Program-made: the position numbers and the translations under genes
In this document: positions 1-15,042 of the stretch, one piece after another
How the letters are laid out: every line of letters starts with the position of its first letter
How positions within the stretch are numbered: the first letter of the stretch is position 1
DNA from: Alphaproteobacteria bacterium
GTDB taxonomy: Bacteria; Pseudomonadota; Alphaproteobacteria; UBA828
NCBI GenBank assembly: GCA_963667785.2
Contig: CAXXMU010000006.1
Span: 256,001-320,000 of the forward strand
Direction of reading: 5' to 3'
Length of the DNA stretch: 64,000 nucleotides
Notes under the pieces: generated by a model
What the model was told of the DNA's origin: nothing
The model's input: only the letters and a program-made list of their open reading frames with translations
Database searches by the model: none

Positions 1-1
1 C

Positions 2-139
2 ATCGTCGAGAGCATCTGGCCCAACACGGCCTTCGAGGAGGGGTTGGGCGTCAACACGCTGACCTCGGCCGATCCGGGCTACCCCAACGGCGGCGCGGTG
101 TTCCACGACACCGCCATCTGGGCGAGACCGGCGAACTAG
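2..139 (+). CDS. 3' end of a probable molybdopterin oxidoreductase family protein (partial, runs off the window)
   Basis: Frame 2 reads IVESIWPNTAFEEGLGVNTLTSADPGYPNGGAVFHDTAIWARPAN*, resembling the C-terminus of a molybdopterin dinucleotide-binding domain (xNxLTS...G.a.fhD). Confidence 0.6.
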   Translation: MVESIWPNTAFEEGLGVNTLTSADPGYPNGGAVFHDTAIWARPAN

Positions 140-185
140 GGCGCCACCGCCGCGCCAGGCGGCGGCGCCCCTCATCCGCTGGCGA

Positions 186-1757
186 TCAGCAGCTCTTCCA
201 GTCCGCCGCGGCCTCCAGCGCCGCCGCCACCTGCAGCACGGTCGCGTCCTCGAAGTGGCGGCCGACGATCATGAAGCCGACGGGCAGGTCGTCCGAGACG
301 CCGCACGGCACCGAGATCGCGGGATGGCCGGTCACGTCGAACTGGCAGGTGTTGTGGATCATGTCGAGCGTGCGGACGATGCGCTCCTTCAGCGGCGCGT
401 CGTTGCCGGGGATCGGCGTCGGCAGGATCGCCGTCGACGGCATCACCAGCACGTCGCAGGACTGCAGCAGGTCGTCGTAGCTCTGCTGGATCTGGCCCCG
501 GATGTTCTGCGCCTTGGCGTAGTAGCGGCCGTAGTAGTCCGACTGCATGTACTCGCCGAAGAGCAGCACGTACTTCACCATCACGCCCATGTCGTTCGGC
601 CTGGCGCGAGAGCCTTTCGCCACGTTGTCGAGGAGCTGGGTGTTGTAGAAGCCGCGCCAGTTGGTGCCGGTGTTGTTGCCCTTCAGCATGACCGACTGCG
701 CGCCCTCCACGCACAGCGGCACCCACACGTGGTAGGCGTCCTCGTGGCGGGGGTTGGAGACCTCGGTCACCTCGGCGCCGGCGCCGGCGAGGCGGTCGAC
801 GGCGGCGCGCACCTTGTCGTAGACCACCGCATCGCCCGGCGGGAGACCGGTATCGCCCCAGGTCTCTTCGCCGGCGCCATGGTCGAAGCCTTCCTTCAGC
901 ACGCCGATCCTGATTCCCTTGCAGCCCCTGTCGAGACCGGTGACGTAATCCATGTCGAGCCCCGCCGGGATCAGCCCGCGCTGGCGCGGGTCGAGCGAGT
1001 CCTCGCCGGCGATCGCGGTCAGCAAGCGGGCGGCGTTCTCCACCGTGTCCGTCATGGGGCCGAGATGGTCCATGGTCATCTCGATCATCATGGCGCCGGT
1101 GTAGGGCACGAGGCCGTAGGTGGGCTTGAGCCCGACGATGCCGCTCCAGCTCGCGGGGATGCGGATCGAGCCGCCCTGGTCGCCGCCGATCGACACGTCG
1201 ATATCGCCGGCCGCGACCGCGGCGCCGTTGCCGTTGGACGATGCGCCGGTGGAATGGGTCGGCTTGTGCGGATTGCGAACCGGACCGTAGGCCGACGTGT
1301 GGCTGCCGCCGGAGAACGAGCAGTCCTCGCTGTTGGTCTTGCCGAGGATGGTGCCGCCGGCATCGAGCACGCGGGTGACCACGGTGGCGTCGATGTCCGG
1401 GATGTAGCCCTCGAGCCCCTTGGCGCCGTTGATCATGGGGAAGCCGGCGACGCAGATCGCATCCTTGATGCCGACGCGCAGGCCCGCGAGCACGCCATCG
1501 GCGGCGCCCTTGATCTCGCCTTTCACGAACCAGGCGTTGTAGGGGTCCTCCTCGGCGCTCGGCCGGTAGGAGCCGGCGCGCGGATACTTGACCGGGGGCT
1601 TGGTCTCCTGCATCGCGTCGAGGCGGCGATAGCACGCCAGCGTGCCTGCCATCATCTCGCTGTAGAGGGCGGCGTCCGCGTCTCCCATGGTGAAGCCGAA
1701 GGATTCGGCCATCTCCTGGATCTTCCGTGCGCTCGGCGGTACTGGACCTGTCGGCAT
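186..1757 (-). CDS. Amidase signature family enzyme
   Basis: Catalytic Lys (GIKDAI), GASSNG variant of the GGSSxG motif, and GGDQGGSIRIPAS. Start placed at MPTGPVPPS after a GGGAGAG-like RBS. Confidence 0.9.
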   Translation of the reverse strand: MPTGPVPPSARKIQEMAESFGFTMGDADAALYSEMMAGTLACYRRLDAMQETKPPVKYPRAGSYRPSAEEDPYNAWFVKGEIKGAADGVLAGLRVGIKDAICVAGFPMINGAKGLEGYIPDIDATVVTRVLDAGGTILGKTNSEDCSFSGGSHTSAYGPVRNPHKPTHSTGASSNGNGAAVAAGDIDVSIGGDQGGSIRIPASWSGIVGLKPTYGLVPYTGAMMIEMTMDHLGPMTDTVENAARLLTAIAGEDSLDPRQRGLIPAGLDMDYVTGLDRGCKGIRIGVLKEGFDHGAGEETWGDTGLPPGDAVVYDKVRAAVDRLAGAGAEVTEVSNPRHEDAYHVWVPLCVEGAQSVMLKGNNTGTNWRGFYNTQLLDNVAKGSRARPNDMGVMVKYVLLFGEYMQSDYYGRYYAKAQNIRGQIQQSYDDLLQSCDVLVMPSTAILPTPIPGNDAPLKERIVRTLDMIHNTCQFDVTGHPAISVPCGVSDDLPVGFMIVGRHFEDATVLQVAAALEAAADWKSC

Positions 1758-1918
1758 TCTGCTCTCCCTTCGCTTCCCGAGGCCGTTCGGCGGTGCTCGA
1801 AACGGCGGCGGGCGGCATCTTAGCGCGGAAGCCTTGCCGGGGTCACAGGGCCCCGCGGCAGAGCGCAGCGGTGCGCCGCCCTTGCCCACCCGGAGAATCG
1901 GGATAATGTTTCCGGCCC

Positions 1919-2686
1919 ATGACACCGGATTGCGCACCGGAGTCGGCCAGCCAGCCCCGGAGGCGCGCGAGCGCGCAGGGCTGGGCGCTCCTCGTTGCCG
2001 CGCTGCTCTGGGTCGCGGCTGCCGTGCCGGCGGATGCGGCCGACCTGCTCGCCCAGGGCGCCGCCGCCTTCGAGGCCGGCAACTACGAGGACGCGGCGAA
2101 CGCCTGGCGCCCGCTCGCCGAGGAGGGCGACGCGAAGGCCCAGTTCAACATGGGTCTCCTCCACGAGGCCGGTCTCGGCGTGCCGGAAGACGAGGCGCAG
2201 GCCGCCGCCTGGTACGAACGCGCCGCCCTGCAGGGCGTGACGGCCGCGCAGTACAACTTGGCGGTGCTGCTGCAGGAGGGGCGCGGCGTGCCGGAGGATG
2301 CGGCGCGGGCGCTCTACTGGCTCGAGGTGGCGTCGCTGCACGGCGAGGGCAGCGAGCGGGAGCAGGCGGCGGACGCGGCCGCGCGCCTGGCGGAGACCCG
2401 GCCGGCGGACGAGGCCGAGGCCGCCCGCACCCACGCGCAGACCTTTGCGCCGGGCGGGGAGGCCCTTCCGGCGGCGGCGGACTCCACCCTGATCCTCTCG
2501 ACCACGCAGGTGGAGGAGCTGCAGCGCCGGCTCGCGGCGCACGGCTACGAGCCGGGGCCGGCGGACGGCGTGCCCGGCGCGCAGACCCACCGCGCGGTAC
2601 GCGACTATCTCGCCGACCGGGGCCTGGACTGGCCCGAGGGCGAGCTTCTGACCCAGCGCCTGCTGGACCTCGTCCGCGCGCCCTGA
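1919..2686 (+). CDS. Exported Sel1-repeat protein with a C-terminal peptidoglycan-binding domain
   Basis: Hydrophobic signal, Sel1 repeats (AQFNMGLLHEAGLGVPED; AQYNLAVLLQEGRGVPED) and a PG_binding_1-like segment (VEELQRRLAAHGYEPGPADGVPGAQTHRAVRDY). Confidence 0.8.
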   Translation: MTPDCAPESASQPRRRASAQGWALLVAALLWVAAAVPADAADLLAQGAAAFEAGNYEDAANAWRPLAEEGDAKAQFNMGLLHEAGLGVPEDEAQAAAWYERAALQGVTAAQYNLAVLLQEGRGVPEDAARALYWLEVASLHGEGSEREQAADAAARLAETRPADEAEAARTHAQTFAPGGEALPAAADSTLILSTTQVEELQRRLAAHGYEPGPADGVPGAQTHRAVRDYLADRGLDWPEGELLTQRLLDLVRAP

Positions 2687-2695
2687 GCCCCCCTG

Positions 2696-2798
2696 CACGT
2701 CATGGCCGGGCTTGTCCCGGCCATCCACGTGCTTTTCGTGCAGCAGGAGCAAAGAACGTGGATGCCCGGAACGAGTCCGGGCAGTTCCGGGCATCACG
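2696..2798. repeat. REP-like palindromic element, copy 1 (GTCATGGCCGGGCTTGTCCCGGCCATCCACG...GGATGCCCGG)
   Basis: Two facing hairpins; the left arm is identical to 19611-19645. Confidence 0.85.
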
Positions 2799-2839
2799 GC
2801 CCGTGAGGTATCCATCGCTAAAACGTTCGGAAGAGTGAA

Positions 2840-3247
2840 ATGACAGAAACCGTCATCCCGCGGAGGTCCGTTGGCGCCGTTACGCTTCTGGTCCCGGACT
2901 ATCAGGAGGCCATCGACTATTTCGTAGGCACGCTTGGCTTCACGCTCGTCGAGGACACGAGGCTTTCGGAAGGAAAGCCATGGGTCCTGGTTTCGCCGGG
3001 AGCCGGCACATGTCTTCTTCTGGCCAAGGCGAACGGCGAACGCCAAATCGCTGCGATAGGGAACCAGTCGGGTGGACGCGTGTTTCTGTTTCTGACGACG
3101 GATGATTTCTGGCGCGACTTTCGGACTTACAGGAGCCGGGGCGTCGAGTTTCAAGAGGAGCCCAGGCACGAAGAGTACGGCCTGGTGGCTGTATTCACGG
3201 ACAAATTCGGCAACCAGTGGGATCTCATCGAACCGGATTCAAACTAG
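2840..3247 (+). CDS. VOC/glyoxalase-bleomycin resistance family protein
   Basis: VPDYQEAIDYF...LGF; EEPRHEEYGLVAVFTDKFGNQWDLIE. Confidence 0.85.
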   Translation: MTETVIPRRSVGAVTLLVPDYQEAIDYFVGTLGFTLVEDTRLSEGKPWVLVSPGAGTCLLLAKANGERQIAAIGNQSGGRVFLFLTTDDFWRDFRTYRSRGVEFQEEPRHEEYGLVAVFTDKFGNQWDLIEPDSN

Positions 3248-3340
3248 CCCGGTCTTCGTCGGAGGCATGCCGCATGAGGGCGATAGCCGCGCGGAGAACG
3301 CGCGCCGATACGCCTGCACGTGATCTTCGAGAACGGCCGG

Positions 3341-5323
<1,983 letters not shown>

Positions 5324-5565
5324 GCGGGTCATTCCTCTCCGGGCCTCGGCATCGGGCGGGCGCCGGTCGATCACGCACGGGCACTAGACACCCGTCGGAC
5401 GGTACGGGAGCGCGCCTGCGCCGCCTGCGCCCGATTCGCGTGATGTGGGGTCGGGGGCCGCCGGATCAAGCCCCCACGTCTCGCCCAATTCTCCGAAACC
5501 ATCGTCCACCTGTCAAGCGCGCCGCGAATGGCGGCAGGGCAGGGCCGATGGAACCGTCCACCCGG

Positions 5566-7392
5566 CTACGCCCCGCCGGTGGGCGGCGCGGCGCCGAGAT
5601 CGGGCAGGTCGGCGTCCTTCTCGGCGGCCTCCTGCAGGCGCAGGATTCGCTCGCGCGCACGCTCCCACGCCGCTTCGTCGGTGTGGGCGCCCTCGGCCTC
5701 CGACTGCGCCGCCCGCTCCTCGACGTGCTGGCGCTGCCTCTTCAGGATCGTCTCGAACAGGACGAGGGCGCTCTCCATGCTCTCCGGCCTGTCGAGATAG
5801 TACGCCTCATCGCCGGCGAGTTCCTCGACCACGTTGGCGAATCCGCGCTCGACGAGGAAGGCCCGCAAGCCGGCGTCCTCCGGGCCGGGTCCGGCCTCGG
5901 CCCAGTCGACGGCCGCGGCCGCGACCCTCTCGTAGCGCGCCGTCTCGAAGGGAAAGCCGGCCACCGCCTCGCTCTGCTCCAGCATCAGCGCGGGGAAGGC
6001 GAGCAGGGTCTGGAGCAGGGTGCGCTCGCGGGGCTGGGCCGTGCCGCCGCCGCCGGGGCCGAGCACGGCGCTCCGGGAAACCTTCGGCTCCGCGACGACC
6101 GGAGGGCGCCGTCCGTCATGCCGCCGCTCCTGCGCCTGCGGCCACAGCTGCGTGCGGAACTGCTCGAGATAGTCGCGCCTGAGATCGGGGTCGGGGATCG
6201 GGCCGACCGTATCCCGGAGCTGCTTGTTGACCCGCGCGCGGGCCTCCGGCGTATCCAGCGCCCGGCCGCCGACCGCCATCTCCCAGAGCTGCCGGGAAAG
6301 CGGGATCGCGGCATCGATGATCTCCTCCATCGCCCGGCGGCCGCGATCGCGCACCATGGTGTCGGGATCCTGCCCTGCCGGCAGCGACGCGAAGCGGAGC
6401 GAGCGCGGCGGCTGCAGCCCCGGCAGGGCGCGCTCCACGGCGCGGGCTGCGGCACGGGCGCCCGCCTCGTCGCCGTCGAAGCAGAGCACCGGCTCCTCGG
6501 CGAGGCGCCAGAGGCCCTCAAGCTGCCGCTCGGTGAGCGCGGTGCCGAGCGGCGCGACCGCCTCCGCCATGCCCGCCTGGTGCAGCGCGATCACGTCCAT
6601 GTAGCCCTCGACCGCGATGACCCGGCCGGCCTTGCGGGCTGCCGGCGCGGCGAGATGCTGGCCGTAAAGCAGGCTGCCCTTGGCGAAGAGCGGGGTCTCC
6701 GGCGAGTTGAGATATTTCGGCTGGCTCTCGCCGAGCGCCCGGCCGCCGAAGGCGATGACGCGGCCGCGCCGGTCGCAGATGGGGAAGATCACGCGGCCCC
6801 GGAAGCGGTCGTAGGGCGTGCGCCCGTCGTCCGGTGCGATGACGAGACCGGCCTGCAGCCGCATCGTCTCGGGCACGCCGTCCTTCTCCAGCTTCGTGCG
6901 GAGCGCCGTACGACTGTCGGGCGCGTAGCCGAGACGGAACTGGGCGCGGGTTTCCTCGTCGACGCCGCGCTCCGCGAGATAGCGCCGGGCCGCCGCGCCG
7001 CGCGCGCTGGCGAGCTCCGCCTCGAACCAGGCGGCGGCGCTCTCGACCACGCCGTAGAGCGAGTGCCGCTCCCGCTCGCGCTGCTCGGCGCGCGGGTCGC
7101 GCGCAGGGAGTGCCAAGCCCGCATCGCCCGCCAGCCGCTCCACCGCCTCGGGGAAGGAGAGACCCTCGTCCCGCATGACGAAGCCGATGACGTCGCCGTG
7201 GGCGCCGCAGCCGAAGCAGTGGAAGAAGCCCTTCTCCTCATTCACCGTGAACGACGGGGTCTTCTCCTTGTGGAAGGGGCAGAGGCCGGTCAGCTCGCGC
7301 CCGCGGCGGACGAGACGCACGCGCTTGGAGATCACGCTCTCCAGCGAGAGGCGTGTGCGGATCTCGTCCAGGAATTGCGGCGGGAACCTCAT
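5566..7392 (-). CDS. dnaG: DNA primase
   Basis: CHC2 zinc finger (CPFHKEKTPSF...CFGC), KYLNSPET, and TOPRIM motifs (EGYMDV, FDGDEAG, DPD). Confidence 0.97.
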   Translation of the reverse strand: MRFPPQFLDEIRTRLSLESVISKRVRLVRRGRELTGLCPFHKEKTPSFTVNEEKGFFHCFGCGAHGDVIGFVMRDEGLSFPEAVERLAGDAGLALPARDPRAEQRERERHSLYGVVESAAAWFEAELASARGAAARRYLAERGVDEETRAQFRLGYAPDSRTALRTKLEKDGVPETMRLQAGLVIAPDDGRTPYDRFRGRVIFPICDRRGRVIAFGGRALGESQPKYLNSPETPLFAKGSLLYGQHLAAPAARKAGRVIAVEGYMDVIALHQAGMAEAVAPLGTALTERQLEGLWRLAEEPVLCFDGDEAGARAAARAVERALPGLQPPRSLRFASLPAGQDPDTMVRDRGRRAMEEIIDAAIPLSRQLWEMAVGGRALDTPEARARVNKQLRDTVGPIPDPDLRRDYLEQFRTQLWPQAQERRHDGRRPPVVAEPKVSRSAVLGPGGGGTAQPRERTLLQTLLAFPALMLEQSEAVAGFPFETARYERVAAAAVDWAEAGPGPEDAGLRAFLVERGFANVVEELAGDEAYYLDRPESMESALVLFETILKRQRQHVEERAAQSEAEGAHTDEAAWERARERILRLQEAAEKDADLPDLGAAPPTGGA

Positions 7393-7557
7393 ATCCTCAC
7401 GCCTGTCCGGCCATCCATCATGGCCCGGCCTGCGCCTCTTTCCCAGCCTGCGAACGGATGCCGGGAGGCGCCCTGTCGTATCGCCCCTCGCCCGGCGGCC
7501 CGGCTCCCGCTTCGCCCTGCGCGCTTTGGCCAGCGAGAGCCGTCGGTGGACGCGGAG

Positions 7558-8016
7558 TCAGCCCGAGGCGAGCAGCTCCCTGACCAGGCCGCTCGCCTTG
7601 GCGAAGTCCATGCGGCCCGAGTATTTCGCCTTCAGGCACGCCATCGTGCGGCCCATGTCCTTGATCGTGCTCGCTTCGAGGTCGTCGACGACGCTGCGCA
7701 CCGCCGAGATCAGGTCGTCGCCCTCGATCGCCGGCGGCAGGAATGTCTGGATCGCCGCGATTTCCTCGGCCTCGCGCTCGGCGAGGTCGATGCGGCCGCC
7801 GCGTTCGTACTGCTCGATGCTTTCGCGCCGCTGCCGGATCATGGTCTGCAGCAGCAGCAGGATCTGGTGGTCGTCGAGGTCGCCGTTACCCTTGCCGCGT
7901 TCGGCGATGTCGCGGTCCTTGAGCGCCGCAAGAATCAGCCTGATCGTCGCCACCCGCAAGGGTTCTCGCGCCTTCATGGCACGCTTGAGCGCGTCCTCCA
8001 GCTGCGGTCGCAGCAT
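7558..8016 (-). CDS. GatB/YqeY domain protein
   Basis: AMKARE..R..TIRLILAALKD; QRRESIEQYERGGRIDLAERE; KDMGRTM; lies upstream of dnaG as is usual. Confidence 0.9.
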   Translation of the reverse strand: MLRPQLEDALKRAMKAREPLRVATIRLILAALKDRDIAERGKGNGDLDDHQILLLLQTMIRQRRESIEQYERGGRIDLAEREAEEIAAIQTFLPPAIEGDDLISAVRSVVDDLEASTIKDMGRTMACLKAKYSGRMDFAKASGLVRELLASG

Positions 8017-8160
8017 GGGCACTCTCCCACTCGCTCGGAATGGCATGGACTATAGACGCCCCGTACCGGCGATCAACGACGTTTCGTCCTTGACATCCGC
8101 GGCGATTATCAATTCGGGACGGCCGCCGGCGGAGGAAGGGCGACGGGCGGGCGGGCGCGC

Positions 8161-8188
8161 TTGACCCCGGCATGGCCCCGACTACACT
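8161..8188 (+). promoter_or_regulatory. Putative sigma70 promoter for carAB
   Basis: TTGACC-N16-TACACT about 60 bp upstream of the carA start. Confidence 0.45.
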
Positions 8189-8247
8189 CCGCGCATCACT
8201 GATCGGACGGGGCGGCGGCGAGGCGCGGCCGGTCCGCAGGAAAATCG

Positions 8248-9399
8248 ATGTCCGGGACTGGATCGACAACCGCCACTGCGGCGCTCGCGCTCGCCGACGG
8301 AACGGTCTTTCGCGGCCGCGGCCTTGGCGCCCGCGGCGAGGCCGTGGGCGAGATCTGCTTCAACACCGCGATGAGCGGCTATCAGGAAATCCTGACCGAT
8401 CCCTCCTACGCTGGGCAGATCATCACCTTCACCTTCCCCCACATCGGCAACGTGGGAACCAACGAGGACGACCTCGAGGCGGGCACACCGGCGGCGCGCG
8501 GGCTGGTGCTGCGCGCCGACATCACCGAGCCCTCGAACTGGCGCGCGGCCCAGCACCTCGAACGCTGGCTCGAGCGGCACGGCCTCGTCGGCATCGCCGG
8601 CATCGACACCAGGCGGCTGACCCGTCTGCTGCGCACCGGCGGCGCGCAGGACGGCGCGCTCGCACATAGCGATACGCCGGAGGCGATCGACGAGGCCGCG
8701 CTCGTCGCCAAGGCGCGCGCCTGGCCGGGTCTGAAGGGCATGGACCTAGCTCGGGAGGTGTGTTGCCGCCAGTCCTACGACTGGACAGAGACCACCTGGG
8801 ACCCGGCGAGCGCGGGCTACGGCACCCTCGCCGCGCCGCGTCATCACGTCGTCGCCGTCGACTACGGCGCGAAGCGCAACATCCTGCGCTCGCTGGCGTC
8901 AGCCGGCTGCCGCGTGACCGTCGTCCCCGCCACGGCGGATGCCGAGACGATCCTCGGGCACGGGCCGGACGGCATCTTCCTCTCGAATGGGCCAGGCGAC
9001 CCGGCGGCGACCGGCACCTACGCCGTGCCCGTCATCCGCGAGCTGATGGCAAGCGGGCTGCCGATCTTCGGCATCTGCCTCGGCCACCAGCTGCTCGCGC
9101 TGGCGCTCGGCGCCGAGACCCGGAAGATGCCCTTCGGCCACCGCGGCGCCAACCACCCGGTCAAGGAGATCGAGACCGGGCGGGTCGAGATCACCAGCCA
9201 GAACCACGGCTTCGAGGTCACGGCGGAATCGCTGCCGACCGGCGTGACCGCCACGCACGTCTCCCTCTTCGACGGCACGCTGGAGGGGCTTACGGTCGAC
9301 GAGCGGCCGATCTTCTCGGTCCAGTACCACCCGGAAGCCTCGCCCGGCCCGCAGGATGCCCAGCATCTCTTCGGCCGGTTCGTCGCGCTGATGGGCTGA
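8248..9399 (+). CDS. carA: Carbamoyl-phosphate synthase small subunit
   Basis: [21 protein letters not shown]; LSNGPGDP; GICLGHQ; [10 protein letters not shown]. Confidence 0.98.
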   Translation: MSGTGSTTATAALALADGTVFRGRGLGARGEAVGEICFNTAMSGYQEILTDPSYAGQIITFTFPHIGNVGTNEDDLEAGTPAARGLVLRADITEPSNWRAAQHLERWLERHGLVGIAGIDTRRLTRLLRTGGAQDGALAHSDTPEAIDEAALVAKARAWPGLKGMDLAREVCCRQSYDWTETTWDPASAGYGTLAAPRHHVVAVDYGAKRNILRSLASAGCRVTVVPATADAETILGHGPDGIFLSNGPGDPAATGTYAVPVIRELMASGLPIFGICLGHQLLALALGAETRKMPFGHRGANHPVKEIETGRVEITSQNHGFEVTAESLPTGVTATHVSLFDGTLEGLTVDERPIFSVQYHPEASPGPQDAQHLFGRFVALMG

Positions 9400-9416
9400 G
9401 GGCGGGACTCCGGACC

Positions 9417-12692
<3,276 letters not shown>

Positions 12693-12756
12693 CGCGCAAT
12701 CATCCGCAGGCTCGGGAGAGGGCGCGCCCCGGAAGAGGGCGCGCAGGAGTCCGGCG

Positions 12757-13227
12757 ATGGACAGGCATCTGATGACGCCCGAGGGGCACAAGCGCCTCAA
12801 GGACGAGCTGCGCCGGCTCAAGGCGGAGCGGCCCCGCATCGTGCGCGAGATCGCCGCCGCCCGTGAGCACGGCGACCTCTCGGAGAACGCCGAGTACCAC
12901 GCCGCGAAGGACCGCCAGGGGCTCACCGAGGCGCGCATCCTCGAGCTCGAGGCGAAGATCGGCGGCGCCGAGGTGATCGACACCAGCACGCTCTCCGGCG
13001 ACCGGGTGCAGTTCGGCGCGACGGTCTCCATCGTCGACGAGGACACGGAGGCCGAGAGCACCTACCAGATCGTCGGCGCCGACGAGGCCGATGCGAGCGA
13101 GGGTCGCCTCTCCATCACCTCGCCGCTGGCACGCGCGCTGGTGGGCCGGGCGACCGGCGATTCCGTGGAGCTAGAGACTCCCGGCGGGCGCCACACCTAC
13201 GAGATCACCGCCGTCCTCTACGGCTAA
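12757..13227 (+). CDS. greA: Transcription elongation factor GreA
   Basis: AREHGDLSENAEYHAAK; ITSPLARALVG; follows carB. Confidence 0.96.
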   Translation: MDRHLMTPEGHKRLKDELRRLKAERPRIVREIAAAREHGDLSENAEYHAAKDRQGLTEARILELEAKIGGAEVIDTSTLSGDRVQFGATVSIVDEDTEAESTYQIVGADEADASEGRLSITSPLARALVGRATGDSVELETPGGRHTYEITAVLYG

Positions 13228-13355
13228 TCGGCCCCGCTACCCGCCTGGCGGAGACTGGCCGGTTTCCGTCGCAATTCCGACAGTGCGCGGCGGCGCGCGT
13301 GCGCACCGTGCCCCGTGGGGTAAGATCGGGCACGAACAGCGGCGGATTCCCTGAC

Positions 13356-14921
13356 ATGACGGCAGCAGCAGACGACGGCGAAGGCAAGGCGAGGCGAGGC
13401 GGCCGGCGAGGCGGCGGTCGCGCCGCACGGCGCGCGGAGCGGAGCGGCGGCAAGATCGAGCACCTGCGCTACATCACGCGCGACATCCCCTCGGTGGGGC
13501 TGCTCACCGACGAGGGCCTGGCGCTCATCGAGGAGAACGCGGAGACCATCCTCGAGGAGATCGGGATCGACTTCCGCGAGGACGCGGAGGCGCTCGCGCT
13601 GTTCCGGGAGGCCGGCGCCGACATCGACGGCGAGAGGGTGCGCTTTCCGCGCGGGCTCGCGCGCCGCCTGGTATCGACGGCGCCCGCCAGCTTCACCCAG
13701 GTCGCGCGCAATCCCGAGCGCTCGGTGGAAATGGGCGGCCCCAACACGGTCTTCGCGCCGGTCTACGGGCCCCCCTTCATCTACGACATCGAGAAGGGGC
13801 GCCGCTACGCCCAGCTCGAGGACTTCCAGAACCTGGTCAAGCTCTCCTACATGACGCCGGCCATGCACCACTCCGGCGGCACCGTCTGCGAGCCGGTCGA
13901 CGTGCCCGTCAACAAGCGCCATCTCGACATGGTCTACGCGCACATGCGCTATTCCGACAAGCCGTTCATGGGCTCGGTCACGCACCCGGAGCGCGCCGCC
14001 GATTCCGTCGAGATGGCCAAGATCCTCTTCGGCGCCGACGTCGTCGACAGCCAGGCCGTCATGGTCAGCCTGATCAACGCCAACTCGCCGATGACCTTCG
14101 ACGCCACCATGCTGGGCGCGCTCAAGGTCTATGCCCGTGCCAATCAGGGCCTGCTCGTCACCCCCTTCATCCTGGCGGGCGCGATGGCGCCGGTCTCGCT
14201 CGCGGGCACCATGGCACAGACGCTCGCGGAGGCCATGGCGGGCATGGCGCTGGTCCAGCTCTGCCGGCCCGGCGCGCCGGTGATCTTCGGCAGCTTCCTC
14301 AGCTCGATGTCGATGCAGACGGGCGCGCCGACCTTCGGCACGCCGGAAGCGACACTCGCCATCTTCGGCCTCGCCGCCCTGGCCCGCCGCCTCGGCGTGC
14401 CCTTCCGCAGCGGCGGGGCGCTCACCGCGTCGAAGCTGCCGGACGCGCAGGCCGCCTACGAGAGCGCGAACACGCTGCTGCCGACCGTGCTCGCGGGCAC
14501 CAACTTCGTGCTCCACGGCGCCGGCTGGCTCGAAGGGGGTCTCGCCAGCGGCTACGAGAAGTTCGTCATGGACGCCGACCAGCTCGGCATGATGCAGGTG
14601 CTGGGGAGCGGCTACGACCTCACCGCCAACGGCCAGGCGATGGACGCGATCCGCGAGGTCGGCCCCGGCAGCCACTATCTCGGCTGCGCCCACACCCAGG
14701 CGAACTTCGAGACCGCCTTCTACCGCTCCACCGTCGCCGACAACTCGAGCTACGAGCAGTGGCAGGCCGACGGCTCGAAGAACGCGACGCAGCGGGCGCA
14801 CGATCTCTACAAGGCGATGCTGGCGGACTACGAGGCGCCGCCCATCGACCCCGGCATCGACGAGGCGCTGAAGGACTACGTGGCGAAGAAGAAGGCCTCC
14901 ATGCCCGACGCCTTCGCTTGA
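13356..14921 (+). CDS. Non-pyrrolysine trimethylamine methyltransferase (MttB) superfamily protein, MtgB-like quaternary amine:corrinoid methyltransferase
   Basis: ILEEIGIDF, INANSPMTFD, TPFILAGAMAP, GGALTASKLPDAQAAYE (Leu at the pyrrolysine-equivalent position), HGAGWLEGGL and EVGPGSHYLG. Confidence 0.9.
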   Translation: MTAAADDGEGKARRGGRRGGGRAARRAERSGGKIEHLRYITRDIPSVGLLTDEGLALIEENAETILEEIGIDFREDAEALALFREAGADIDGERVRFPRGLARRLVSTAPASFTQVARNPERSVEMGGPNTVFAPVYGPPFIYDIEKGRRYAQLEDFQNLVKLSYMTPAMHHSGGTVCEPVDVPVNKRHLDMVYAHMRYSDKPFMGSVTHPERAADSVEMAKILFGADVVDSQAVMVSLINANSPMTFDATMLGALKVYARANQGLLVTPFILAGAMAPVSLAGTMAQTLAEAMAGMALVQLCRPGAPVIFGSFLSSMSMQTGAPTFGTPEATLAIFGLAALARRLGVPFRSGGALTASKLPDAQAAYESANTLLPTVLAGTNFVLHGAGWLEGGLASGYEKFVMDADQLGMMQVLGSGYDLTANGQAMDAIREVGPGSHYLGCAHTQANFETAFYRSTVADNSSYEQWQADGSKNATQRAHDLYKAMLADYEAPPIDPGIDEALKDYVAKKKASMPDAFA

Positions 14922-14922
14922 T

Positions 14923-15042
14923 CTAGCCTCTTTGTCGCTCACGGCAGCCGACTTGCGGTCGGCGCCTCCGCGAGGGCGCCGCATAGGCGGCGGGCCGCGG
15001 TCGCGGCCTGTCGCGTATCCGTCAAAGACGGATACGCTCTAG
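14923..15042. repeat. CTAG-flanked multi-hairpin element between convergent genes (MITE/REP-like and/or bidirectional terminator)
   Basis: CTAG at 14923 and 15039, with successive hairpins including GCGTATCCGTC-AAA-GACGGATACGC. Confidence 0.5.

Noticed and set aside
7395-7435. REP-like fragments upstream of dnaG (cctgtccggccatcca, tcatggcccggcctg)
   Set aside because: Too short and rearranged to call a third copy.
13356-14921. Pyrrolysine-containing MttB
   Set aside because: There is no in-frame TAG, Leu occupies the equivalent position, and no pyl genes are in the window.
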